Source: the human T2T-CHM13v2.0 reference genome, Homo sapiens
Assembly (NCBI RefSeq): GCF_009914755.1
Contig: NC_060934.1
Reading direction: 5' to 3' (one strand)
DNA length: 64,000 nt
This document shows positions 12,448-25,331 of the stretch, piece by piece (position 1 is the first letter of the stretch; every line of letters begins with the position of its first letter). The position numbers and the translations under genes are program-made. A model generated the notes under the pieces. That model did not search any database. It was given only the letters and a program-made list of their open reading frames with translations, and was not told where the DNA came from.

Positions 12448-14100
12448 TGACATTTCTGTCACAGGGACTCCAGAGGTGGCTTCTCCTCCCTGCCTAAGTA
12501 AAGGAAGAGTTTCCTGAATTGTGAGTCATCTCGTAAATATGGCCACTATTTGCATATTCTTACACAGCTATCTTTGGGACTTGATTGGATCTCAAAGCTA
12601 ACATAATAATAAAGCTGCGATCCAAAATTCTCAGACTTAAACTTTGGCACCACCAAGACAGCCTCATTATTCTCTTTGATTGATTTTATAAGAGATTAAA
12701 GTTATGCATTAGATTCAAAAATAAATTTTTAATAGTGCAAACGCATTAAATTATTTAAATAATCATATTTTTTTCTGCAAAAAAAAAAAATTGAGGACAA
12801 GGATTTTCCTGCCAAGAGTATAAAGACCCCCGGGTCCAAGGCTGGAGACAGCTCAGCCGTGAATTGTGATGAGGATTCAGGGCCGGGCAGGAGGGGGCTC
12901 AGGTGCCACAGGAGTCACACCCTTGCTGGCCGGGAGGGAAAACCACCCACCATGTGCCTCCACTCCTTTCCAGATTAATGAAGCTTGAAGAGGAAAATAT
13001 TAAAGTTGCCAGTGTGTATACAGTGACAGTTCTAAACGGAGCAGTTGAAATGTTTGCTTGTCACATATGCCGTTGGATTCACAGCCTACTTTTAAAGGCT
13101 CTGAGCAGATGGCACTTTGCTTATAATATCATTTCTCCTCAAATATAGGGTAAAGGAATGCCTCAAAACACAATTATTTTAAGTAAAACAATATAACCAA
13201 AAAGAAGCCTTCGTGTTGTCCCATTGTCTGGGCAGCAGGATGTGAGGGAGTCACTGTGCTGATTCGTATTTTTGGACATAAACAGCCAGTGGGGACCTGG
13301 GGGGTTGAGTCCCAGTGAAGCCTGTGGGCTCTTCTGACCACCCTGTCCCACTGTCAGCCTCACACCTCATGGTGCACTCAGCCTGGCTGCACCCTTGGCC
13401 AGGGCTGGGACCCCAGTGGGAGCTGCAGCCTTGGGCATGGGTGGGCAGAGTTGGGGACATCCTCGTTGCTGCCCTGACCTCCCCTGCTGTTCCCTGACCC
13501 GGTTCATGTGGGTCCCACTCCAAGCTCCAGACCTTGGGATGGGCAGTGAAGGGCTGGAGACCCTGAGCTGCCATATTCCCCCAGACAACACTCAGGGATG
13601 GCTCCGAGGGCAGGTGCATTTCTCACTGAGATCTGCACCAATGGAAATGGAAGGTACATTGGTGGCTTGAAAACATCACTGTGGCAGGAAAGCAGCAGCC
13701 CAGCGGGGTCCCTCCCCGCCCCCCGCCTGGCCTTCTGACTGTCATGTCACACACACTCAACATCTCATCCAACCCCCTCCTGCAAAAAATAAAAAGATAA
13801 CTGAGGGTGATTGCTCATTAAACGTAAAGGGAACTCCTACTGTACTGGCTCAGTTTGAGAGGGGAATGGTGACTTACGTTAGCGCTGACTCAACCCTGAC
13901 CCTGTCTCATCACTGACATCACAAAGCCTTTTTATACACCTTCTTGGTTTTTCTACTTCTGTTACCTAAGCTGAGAGACAGAGAGCTCTTTCCAAACATT
14001 TTAAGGTAAAAAAGTAGTAATGATTACAAACCAAAAAACATTTTCACAAAGAATACAATTATATATATTGGAAAATAAGTCATGTTACTTCCTCAGTACA

Positions 14101-14558
14101 TTTTGCAGGTGATCAGTGACTATCTGAGGCTGGTGATGCAGGGGTAAGAAGAATTTCCCAAGACAGGTGCCAGCAAAGAAAGGCAGATTTGTTAGAGAAA
14201 GTAGGAAAATATGCTGCAAGAAAGCAATGGGCAGGGCAGCAAGAGAGGAACTGGCTGCCAGGAGATGAAGGCTTGCTGGGGATTTTATAGGATGGTGCTT
14301 GTGCTGGAGAGGGAAGTACTGATAATGCCCAGGTTGCAGTGAGCTAACTTGCATTTTTCTATCAGCTGAGGCATTTGATGAGACGTTGAATTGTTTGATG
14401 ATAAATTAGGCACAGGAAGATTGTAGGTGAGTTACCTGCACAGGAGGGCTACGTGCCCTGGACCATGAAGAGAGGCAGACTTAGAGCTTATCTGCTTCCT
14501 CTGTTTCTTTTCCTTGGTCCTGCCAACCTGACTTGTTTTCCCTAATTAGGACTCCACA
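14101..14558 (-). mobile_element. ERV1-class solo LTR (MER83/MER84-like)
   Basis: The minus strand begins TGTGGAGTCCTAATTAGGG... and has the TATA-like CCTATAAAATCCCC. About 460 bp, with GTAC on both flanks (probable TSD). Subfamily assigned from memory. Confidence 0.7.
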
Positions 14559-16133
14559 GTACCCCTTCACCCAGACCCAAGTTCAATAATGTCTGTGTGT
14601 CCCTCTCTGGGGTTCTTTACACACATAGGGGCATCTGTATTCATGCGATATTTGAATAAACAGACATCACCACAATACCCTCAACAACACTTCCTAGAGA
14701 GCATCCCACCTCATAGACCTGCCTATTGTTTTGTGTGGACATAAAATATTCCATTGTGATGGTGCCCTGCAGTTCACCTAACTTGATGGGTGTTCAGCCT
14801 GTCCACAGCAGGCTTTTGCTCTCAAGAAATACTGCAATAAACATCCTTATTCAAAATCTAATTTGCTGCCTATACGCATATGTGTGCAAATATATGAGCC
14901 ATTTGCTAAGATGGACTTGTTGGGCTAGAGATACATGGATTTCAGATTTTGATGATGTTAGATTGCTCGCCAAATAACAGTCCCCTCTACAGTTACGTAG
15001 GGGTCTCTATTTTCATCTCTGAGAAATTTAAAAAATCGTACAATTGATGACTCCACTATTAAAGAAACAATGATTTCAGAAAGAAAGAAATGTGGGGTTT
15101 TTTTGGTGTTGTTTTTTGTTTGTTTTTGTTTGTTTTTGCCAAGACTGCTCACCGAAGTCTTTGCTAACATCAATAAATTGCTATGGGAAGAAAAGAAAGC
15201 ATTGCACATTAAGGTGATAGCTATTCTTGGTCAAAAGCCACTATAAAAAAGCCAAGTGAAATGAGAGATTAATTTCCATTGCGAATTTGCAGCTAATGCC
15301 ACAGGGCTGTGCAGCTTGTTTCTCAGCTCGTAGGAGCACATGCTCAGCTGAAGTTTAATGATATTTTCTTGCACAAGACACAGTACCAGAAAGTATTGTT
15401 TTGATACCTAATTAAATGTGAACAAGCCGTTTTGGATGTTAGCAACTTATGACATATCTGCTTCCAGATATTAAATACAAGTTGTCGTGTGTGGGTGTAG
15501 AATTGCTGATCCAAAGCTTTTGTGTTAAGAAATAAAAACTCTGCATTTGGTCAGACAGGGTGGTGAGTGTGGGGTCCCAAGCAGAGAGCCGTGGAGCTCT
15601 GAATACTTGTAATGATGCAGTGACAGGCATCAGAATTCCAGAGGTGATTACTCGTTGCCAGTCCTTCTACAGTGCAAGGGGTTCTTGAGGGCTGGTGAAA
15701 AATAACTGGAAGGAGAGAAAGGCAGATAGGAGGGAAAGGAAGGCAGCCCCTGCTCTCCTCCTTGCTCCTTCCTGTCCCCATGCTCAGTGGAGCACTGCCC
15801 TGCTTTGCACACCCCACGTCGAGGAAGCCCAAGGCCTGCTGACTGCACCCCGTGGATGTCTTCCATGATCCGATCCCTCTGGGCCGGCCCTTCCTGTCAC
15901 CCCCTCCCCAGCCTGCATGCACACTGTCATTCGGCTTGGCCGGGTCTCCCCGATCCTCCTCCCTACTCTTGCACCTTGACAGTCCTTTCTCCGGGGACCA
16001 CCGCGGGTCTCATCAAAACGCGCATCTATCCCTGTGCCCGGCAGTCTGATGACGCCAGGCAGGTTTGCCCCTGCCTGCCTCTCAACCCCACGCTGTGCCC
16101 CTTTCCTTCTGGGTGCGGGTGACCCAACCCCTC

Positions 16134-16523
16134 TGCTATTATGGGCTGAATGGTGTCCCCCCAAATTCCCATGCTGAATCCCTAATCCCCAGGACCTCAG
16201 AAGGGACTGTATTTGGACATACCACCTTCAAAGAGGCAATTAAGTTAAACTGAGGTGGCTGAGGTGGGGCTTCATCCAATAGGACTTGGGTCCTGATAAG
16301 AAGAGGAGATTGGGGCACAGACATGCACAGAGGGATGATCCTGTGAGGACACAGGGAGAAGACACCCTCTACAAGCCAAGGAGAGAGGCCTCAGGAGAAA
16401 CCAACCCTGATGACATTTTGACCTTGGACTTCCAGCCTCCAGGACTGTGAGAAAATGCATTTGCATTGGTTAAGCTGCCTGGTCTGTGGTCTTTTGTTAT
16501 GACAGCCCCAGAAAATGAATACA
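16134..16523 (+). mobile_element. MaLR solo LTR (MLT1B-like)
   Basis: TATGGGCTGAATGGTGTCCCCCCAAATTC...GGACTTCCAGCCTCCAGGACTGTGAG...GAAAATGAATACA; about 390 bp. Confidence 0.88.
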
Positions 16524-17019
16524 ATGGTTTTTTACTCCTGGAACTCATTTCTTGTGTCTCAGAGTCTATGTCCTTCTTCTCTGCACTTGGACCTATGACA
16601 TCCAAGCAGAGACTGCTGGCTACAGGCTAGGACACACTCCATGACATGCACAGCACATCTCACCTGTGATGTTTAATGCTGACTACATGTTGAAGGGGTA
16701 ACAATTGCATCTACTGTTTACTGGGCTAAATAGAATGTACTGTTCACACCAACTTCACGTACTTTTCCTTTTCACTGTGGCTCCTAGAATCATTTCAGGC
16801 CACACATGGCTCCCTGTGTGCTCACTGGGGCTGGCTCAACTGCTTGCTCTGGTTCGTCCCGCACCACCTCCCACCACATCCCACTCAGAGCCATAATCAT
16901 CCCTCTGTCTTGCTCAGATATTAGCCCTGATTCCACTTCTGTCCCCTCCAGATAGGGCAGCTGTTGCTGCTGCCTGATCTCAGTCACCTGTGCTCTCTCA
17001 GCCTCCAGGTCATTACTAA

Positions 17020-17043
17020 ATGTGTGTGTGTGTGTGTGTGTGC
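17020..17043. repeat. (TG)n microsatellite
   Basis: About 11 consecutive TG units. Confidence 0.9.
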
Positions 17044-17124
17044 ACGCATGCATGTATCTACTACTGGATTAATGTCCACCATTTTAAAAAACATTAAGTT
17101 TCAAAGGAAAGTGTGTCTTCAGCG

Positions 17125-17200
17125 CTCGCTGCTGTCTCCTGATGCACAGCACAGTGCCTGGCATACCTTTAGGGCTCAATAAACAGAATTTTCTTACTGA
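17125..17200 (+). mobile_element. L2 3'-end fragment
   Basis: AGCACAGTGCCTGGCATAC...GGGCTCAATAAA, typical of the L2 3' end. Confidence 0.55.
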
Positions 17201-20200
17201 ACGGGTCTGAATCCCATTGTGTGTTCAGTAGTAAAACTGCAGTGAACATTTCTGTCATCAGGAGCAACAGCAAGTGTCTGAGGATTAGAGGTTAGAATTC
17301 AGAGCTATCACCTAAAAGCATCACATGGACATTTAAAATTCTCAGTAGAGCATTTTTTCCTTCTAATGAAGCTTTCCTAAACCTGTGACATTGGTTTAAC
17401 TTGTGCAGGAGTTTCCTCCTTGTATTTGTTTAAATGCCCCCAGAAGCTCGGAAAGCAGGAAGTGGTTTGAAGGGGATTCAGACAAGGTTAGCTGGGGAGG
17501 CCGTCACCGGGAGCCTGAGTCCATGGAGTCATCTGTTCTTGGGCCACTTTTAGATTCAGCCTTTGTGGACAAGCAGGGGTTTCCATAGGATTGAGTCCAC
17601 TGTCCCAAATTCAGCAGGGATAGTTTTTGCTCAAGGCATAGAATGTTAGGAAAAGGCTGGCAGACTACGGAGCAGGAGTGTTTCCTCATTCAGTAGTGAC
17701 AGCCAGTGAAGGGGAGGAATTGGAGGTCCAATCCACCTGTCAGATGCTTTATACGTTCATAATTAACTGGACTGCTAACAAGGCCTGTCTAAAGTAAACA
17801 CCTTCTCTGCTTGGCTCCTGAAGGGCTACAAACATTTTTTTTAAAAACAATAAATACATTAATGAATGAATGAATGCCATGGATAACAAAACAGTGGACT
17901 GTCAGAATAAGAACGGTCAAAATATGTGCTAAGGTGCAGCCAGGACAGAATTGAAGTCTTTTGATCTCAAGGTTCTATGTTAGACTATTTTAGTTAGCAT
18001 GTTTGATAAGACTTGCAGAGTTATTCATCCACAAACTTCTGGGCTCACAGAGCTGGCTTTCATAACTCCTGTTCCTCATGCAGCCTCTAACCTATACTGG
18101 ACCTCCCCACCCTCCAGGTGCTAGTCCTGAAGCCTGGAGTTTTTGGAAGTCTCTTCCCTCTCCAGAAGGAAGGATTTGATGTCATCACTTATACGTGGTG
18201 GAACTCATCAGCACCCGTGAGCCAACTCCCTCAGGTGTTTCTAAGCCTTTTATCTCTAATTATGGAACAAATGGCTTTGTCTACTGTTGAAGGCTGTGAG
18301 GGCTCCGGGGAGAGTAAAAGCCTGGGGTTTCTGACCTGCAAGGGGCCTTGGCAACAATCCCTACTCAGCGCTTCATTTTCCACATGAACAATCTGAGTCT
18401 GGGGAGATTAGGGCTTGTCAAGGCCGCCATGTCTAGCCTTGAGGGCAAACCACTAGGCTGTTGTGTGATAGTCAAGGTGGGTAAGAAGACCTGGAGACTG
18501 CAAAACAGGACCCCAAGCCACCACCTGGAGCGCTGTCATCTTCTCTTCTCTCGTTTTTGTCATCGTCCTCATATAGTAAAAGGATAAAAATATAACTCAA
18601 AATAATAATCTGAGATACAAAATAAATTATTTTTCCTATTGGATATAATTTAGAATTACTTCTTTTCAAAACGACCTGTGATATTGTTTTCCAAAAGAAG
18701 TTAATGGCAAACTCACAGATGATAAAATTCTTATAAAGGATACTGAAATTCATTCATTCTTTAATATATTTGACTCTTCCAACCATGGCTACAAATGTGT
18801 CAGCTTCAATATAGTGATATTGCCTTGTTTATAATACTAACCTAAGACTGTCACTGCAGAAGCAAACTAGAGAAAAGGTTAAATTAAAAGAAAAATTACT
18901 TCAAATTTCTATGGTAGTTATATTGAGGAAACATAAGAAAAATAATGATTTATTGAAATTTCCTTTAAATAATCAGTTAGGGCATTGTATAGTGTCTCTT
19001 GCAGATGGGCAGGCTGGTCATACAGGAATCCTGGTCCACCCCACAGGGTTTCCCAAAGTGTGTACCACGGAACACTAGTTCCTTGGAATGGCAGGGGACA
19101 TTGCACAGAGAAATGATTCTTTAGCCAAAAAGCCTCAGTAAAACTTAAATCTTTCTCTAGTAATCGACTTCTTGGAGCCTTTAATATTTTAATCTGATGT
19201 TATGTATCTTGTTTGGGTTTTCATCATGTAAGTTTTCTGGTTCTTTTGATTATTATTAGAGCAGTTATTATTTTGTTCAGATTTAATTCCAAAGAGTATT
19301 TCTCAAACCATATTCTGTACGGTTTTACTACAAGCATTCTCTACACGGAAATATTGATTAAGCATCACATCTTGCTGTGAAATTCAAAGTTTTTGAAATT
19401 CATGCTTAAAATAGCAAATTGTTTCATATATTAATTGGAGTAATGTGCTATTTAGCTAATCCATTGCCTTGCAAACTGTCAGGTAGAAGACAATCTCTTC
19501 TGAGGGTCACTGGTGTGTATACAATGTGTATGCCTATTCTATAAGCTGGACACTGATTTTTCACTCTTACTTAGTCTTAATTGAACACAAATCAGGGCTT
19601 TTAAACTGTACATGCACGACCCACAACCGGTGGCACTTCCTTCCACTAACAATGTGTCTGAGTGAAGTGTGTGGGAAATAAATGCAATGGCCCCATTCAG
19701 GGGAATGGTGGGGTCTGACTCACCTTATTCTTGGTCAGTCCCTAGAATAATTAACAATCAACACTCAAATCGATCAATCCTATTGAAGAGATTTTGAAAT
19801 GAAACTAAAAGTAAGGTACATTTGGACAATTAGAGAAATAGGACAAGCACATTTACGTTTTTTCAGTCCGGGTTTTGGAAGCAGCAGGAGCTGGACAGGC
19901 TCAGAGCCGAGGGAGGGAGGGTTATGGGGTTAGGATGAGCAGATGTCTGGGAGTGGGGTCTTCATGACTCACAGCAAAGGTGAGGCCTGTGGGTGGGAAG
20001 CAGAGGGGGCACCTGAGCCACGTGCATCCTGGGGCTCCTTTTCACGTGAAGCCTCTGCATGGAAGGTTACACAGCTCCACGCCTGCACCGGGAGGGAGAC
20101 CTTGCGACTCGCCATGGTTCTCAGGGGCAGCGAGATGAACAGGGATGTGTGGGTCATGGGCCCCCCGTGCAAGATATGACTCCTCTTGGGTTTTGTGCAG

Positions 20201-20689
20201 CGAGGAGAATGGAAGCCTGAAAACAGCGCATCTGTTCAGCAGACGGTTCACTCACCACCAGCAGCCTCAGATGGTCAGGTCACTTCTTGGAACCTCTGAT
20301 TCTGAACCCACAAAAACAGACACCAGCTGCCCTGCATGGTGAAGTGAGGATACTCTTCTTCCTGGCAAGAATGGGCTCTGCAGAACCGACCAGGCCCACC
20401 GTGTACTTTGAGAACCCCCTTACCAGCGGTGCAGCTCAGAGCAGACAGAGTGACCCCCGAGCCTCAGCTGTTCTCAGCATTAACAGGCTCACACAGCAAG
20501 GAGCAGAGCTCACATCAGATGCTCAGTAGTGACGGTTTTCTTCCTTTTACCTCAAGCTATCCACTTTAGGGGTCGTTACCATTGATTCAGTCACTCATTT
20601 ATTCATTAAGAGCTTATTAAACAATCTCATATATAGACGGTGAGAGTGCTATGGAGATAAAGAGGCAGAGGCAAAGGGCAGGAGCAAAG

Positions 20690-21530
20690 ATCCATGTGTA
20701 GGTCTGTGTGTGCATGTATACACAGAAACATGCATGTTTGTGAGTGTGTGCATGTATACACATAAACATGCATGTGAGAGCGTATGTGCATGTATGCAAG
20801 AAACATGAATGTGTGTGCATGTATGCAAACATACATGTATGTGAGACCATGCATGTGTATGTATACATGGAAACATGCATGTGTAGGTGTGTCTGTGCAT
20901 ACACATGGGTGCATGTGTGTATATATGTACATGTGTTTGTGAGAGTGCATGCATGTGTGTGTACATGTGTGCATCCATGTACACACACATGCATGAGGAC
21001 ACACACATGCATGAGGGCACACACGTGCAGATGTAATTGTGAAAGTGTGCATATGTGTATGCCTGTGTGTGGGATGCACATGTGTATGTGAGAGAATATG
21101 TGCGTGCATGTGTGTGGGGTGTGCCTGTGTGTATGCCTGCGTGTGTATGTGTGCATGCACATATACATGCACACACATGCATTGTGTATATGTGCATCCA
21201 TGCATGTCTGTGTGCATATATGCACACACATGTCCATGTTTGCATGTAGTATCACACATGTATATTGTGTGTATGTATGTGTTTGCATGTGTCTGTGTAT
21301 GCACACATGCATATGTGTCACGTTTATATGCCTGTGTATATGTGCGTATGTGCATGTTTGTGTGTGCACATGTGCATTGTGTATGTGCCTGTTTGTGTGT
21401 GTGCACGTGTGTTGTGCTTTGCGTTTATATGTGTGCACGTGTGTTTTGTGTTCATGTGCATTGTGTGTGCATGTGTAGAGGCAGTGAGTGAGGTCGTGAC
21501 AGATTTTATATGGAAATACACACATATTTA
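20690..21530. repeat. Degenerate (TG/CA/TA)n alternating purine-pyrimidine tract, about 840 bp
   Basis: Almost continuous TGTG/TGCA/CATG/TATA; this explains the His/Thr/Cys/Met-rich ORFs. Confidence 0.92.
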
Positions 21531-21984
21531 TGTCTTTTAAAATGGTGGAAATTATATATGATTTCTCCTGTTTTTTTACTTTGGTAGTGATAATATTTAT
21601 GCTTTAAGCAGCCTTTTATTTCAACCCCCATTCCTAACATTGTGATTAAAGGCCCTTTCCAATTGCTTTGTCCTCTGAGGGTATGTTATCAGAGGTGGTA
21701 GACATTTAGGCCTGGCAGCTGCATCCTGTTGAACTCCCAGTGTCCAGCGGACCTGCCCACCTGGACAGGCTGTGCCTCCGCTGAGAGATGAATGCTTCTC
21801 AGGCCTGCCCAGGGTCTGGAGCCTGGGTGGTAGCCTCCTCCTGTAGGGCATTCTGCTCAGGACCTGGGACCTGGGGCTGAACTGCAAAGAGGCTAGAGGC
21901 TGTGACAAGGTGGATGCAGGTGACCCTCGGCACTTCTGACCCTGTACTCCCTTCCTTGGTCCCAGCCTCCACCAGCTTCTAGAG

Positions 21985-22204
21985 CAAGTTTGTCCAACCT
22001 GCAGCCTATGGGCCACATGCAGCCCATGATGGCTTTGAATGCCCAACACAAATTTGTAAGCTTTCTTAAAACATGATGAGATTATTTTGTGATTTTTTTT
22101 TTTTAGCTTATTAGCTATCGTTAATGTTAGTGTATTTTATGTGTGGCCCAAGACAGTTCTTCTTCTGATGTGGCCCAGGGAAGCCAAAAGATTGGACACC
22201 CCTG
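21985..22204 (-). mobile_element. MER30 hAT-Charlie DNA transposon (MITE)
   Basis: Termini CAAGTTTGTCCAA ... TTGGACACCCCTG; internal GTGTGGCCCAAGACAGTTCTTCTT; 8-bp flanks TTCTAGAG / ATCTAAAG (6/8 match, hAT target-like). Confidence 0.88.
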
Positions 22205-23874
22205 ATCTAAAGGTTTTCATTTCTGTTTCTTCTCTTGAATCCACCTCCCTGCTCATCTGGGTGGGGGCTGCTCGGGCCTCTGTGTGCGAACACTGCTGTG
22301 GGTCTGGTTATTTGCCCACCCACACACCTAAACACACACATTCCCCACAGCCCTGTGGCAAGAGGGTCAGCCTCTCTTCCGAAAGGAAAATCAAACAAAA
22401 TCCAGGGAAACTGATGAGATTTCCTTGAAAGCAACATGTTCCAGGTCTTCTCCCCTCTTGTCTTCCTTGTTGCTCAGTTTTCAGATGCCAGCAAGTCAGT
22501 AGTGTGAACATTGACTGAACACTGAGCGAGACAGACATAGAGAACACGTGGCTCAAACCTGCCCCATCACTGGAGGCATCGATGCACAAGACGGTGAGAA
22601 GAAACTTGGTGAGAAAGAAAAACTAGGAAGACATTGAGAAAGTGAGAAAAGATTCATCTACACAGATCAGCAAAACTCCAAAAGAAGCCCCACAGTTGAT
22701 ACTGAAATGCTGTCTTCTCTAATGAGAAATTGGCTGCTTTGTGTGTCCATCCTGAACCCCAGACAAGGGTGGGTGGGAAGAGAAACCCCACAGGCTCCCT
22801 CTGCATGCTCCCAGGATGTGCTGCAGTGTGAGTCCCCGGCGGGCTGACGGAAAAGCCCGGAACCAGTTGGGGCCCGTGACCTGAGCACGGTGTATTGAAG
22901 CCCTGATGGAATTCTTCAGTGGATCCTGTCATCCCCCAAATGCCCCGACTCCCTGCAACTTCTCTTTCGACTTGCTTACTCCGTAACCGTGAATTCATCC
23001 CTATTTGAAGGTTCCTCTCAAGAAGTACAGCAAGGCAGAAGTCAGGTTACTGGGCTGTGAGGAGCGGTTGGGAATGGATAGTTTCTTATGCAGTTCTCTA
23101 AACATTAAACAATAATACGCGACTTCCACCTGTCAGAAAAACTACACACCTTTGTTAGAATGATGGGTTTCCAATGGTTACATATTAATAAATCAACATC
23201 TCTAACTCTCCCACTGCCCTCTCTGGCTTCCCTCTTTAGTAGTTACTCACATGCTCCCTGTCCCACGTACCAACATGTTTAATCAGATGGTAAAGACTTA
23301 AAACTCCTTTTCTTTTAAAATTGTAGGTGTTGCTTTTTCTCTTTCTTATGAACAGCCTTAATCAAGTTTTCCCCTACACTGAAGATGCCACCCATTAGCA
23401 GGTGCGGGACACGGAACATTGCCACCCGTGGAATGAGGAATAGAGCTTGGAGGCCACTCTGACCTTTGAGAGCCACCTTCAACAAAGGCGGTCTCCACAG
23501 CCACTGGAGGGGGCTCTGCGACCTCCGATGTCATGCACAGAGCATGGGGGAGAGACATACGCTTCCTCTTCCTGCCTTCCAGACAGCTGAAGATCCCCTT
23601 TCTTGTTGGAATAACAATATGTTGCTCATGGAAGAAAAAATTCGAACATCCTCATCCATAATTCCCAGAACATCCCTGGGCTGACACTGCAGCTGGGTAT
23701 GAGAGACGCATAGGAGTAAAAACTTGATGGAAAAAGCAACTTCTAATGTTGGAAAAAGGCACATCTGTGTGTTGTGTAAAAGGGTAGTTAAAGGTGGAGC
23801 AGAACATTCAAAAATAGACTTAATTGTAATAAAAACAGTGAAGGTAGAAAGAGTTGAAGGGGCAAATGACTTTT

Positions 23875-24181
23875 AAAAAATTTATTATTATTATTTTTTA
23901 AATGGCATCTTGCTCTGTCGCTCAGGCTGGAATGCAATGGCATTATCTTGGGTCACTGCAACTTCTGCCTCCCAAGTTCAAGCAGTTCTCCCTGCCTCAG
24001 CCTCCTGAGTAGCTGGGATTACAGGCACCCACCACCAGGCTGAGCTAACTTTTGTATTTTTAGTAGAGATTGGGTTTCGCCATGTTGGCCAGGCTGGTCT
24101 CAAGCTCCTGACCTCAACTTATACATCCACCTCGGCCTCCCGAAGTGCTGGGATTACAGGCATGAGCCACCATGCCTGGCT
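23875..24181 (-). mobile_element. Alu (AluS-type), full length
   Basis: Reverse-complement Alu with a 13-bp TSD GCAAATGACTTTT at 23862 and 24182. Confidence 0.95.
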
Positions 24182-24283
24182 GCAAATGACTTTTTTTAAA
24201 CCTCATTTGGTCAAGGCTGACACTGCAGTGATTTTAAGCGTTATCAAATTAAAGATGCATCCACTGCCAGCTGCAGCATACTG

Positions 24284-25331
24284 CAATCCCACTCCACCTG
24301 GAGACCAGGCGCTCACCAATACACGCAATCCCACTCTACCAGGAGACCAGGCGCTTGCAAACACACACAATCCCACTCCACCGGGAGACCAGGCGCTCGC
24401 CAACACACGCAATCCCACTCCACCGGGAGACCAGGCGCTCGCCAATACACTCAATCCCACTCCACCGGGAGACCAGGCGCTCGCCAATACATGCAATCCC
24501 ACTCCACCGGGAGACCAGACGCTAGTCAATACACGCAATCCCACTCCACCGGGAGACCGGGCACTCGCCAATACACGCAATCCCACTCCACCGGGAGACC
24601 AGGCGCTAGTCAATACACGCAATCCCACTCCACCAGGAGACCGGGCACTCGCCAACACACACAATCCCACTCCACCGGGAGACCAGGCGCTCGTCAATAC
24701 ACTCAATCCCACTCCACCGGGAGACCAGGTGCTCACCAGTACACGCAATCCCACTCCACCGGGAGACCAGGCGCTCGCCAATACACGCAATCCCACTCCA
24801 CCGGGAGACCAGGCGCTCGCCAATACACTCAATCCCACTCCACCGGGAGACCAGGCGCTCGCCAATACACTCAATCCCACTCCACCGGGAGACCAGGCGC
24901 TAGTCAATACACGCAATCCCACTCCACCGGGAGACCGGGCGCTCGCCAATACACGCAATCCCACTCCACCGGGAGACCAGGCGCTCGCCAATACACGCAA
25001 TCCCACTCCACCGGGAGACCAGGCGCTCGCCAATACACTCAATCCCACTCCACCGGGAGACCAGGCACTCGCCAACACACACAGTCCCACTCCACCAGGA
25101 GACCAGGCGCTCGCCAATACACTCAATCCCACTCCACCGGGAGACCAGGCACTCGCCAATACACGCAATCCCACTCCACCGGGAGACCGGGCACTCGCCA
25201 ATACACGCAATCCCACTCCACAGGGAGACCAGGCGCTCACCAGTACACGCAATCCCACTCCACCGGGAGACCAGGCGCTCGCCAATACACTCAATCCCAC
25301 TCCACCGGGAGACCAGGCGCTCGTCAATACA
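24284..25331. repeat. 42-bp CpG-rich VNTR, about 25 copies
   Basis: Unit CAATCCCACTCCACCGGGAGACCAGGCGCTCGCCAATACACG; translates as the NPTPPGDQALANTR repeat. Confidence 0.97.

Noticed and set aside
20617-21540. His/Thr/Cys/Met-rich ORFs up to 302 aa
   Set aside because: Artefact of the CA/TG low-complexity tract.
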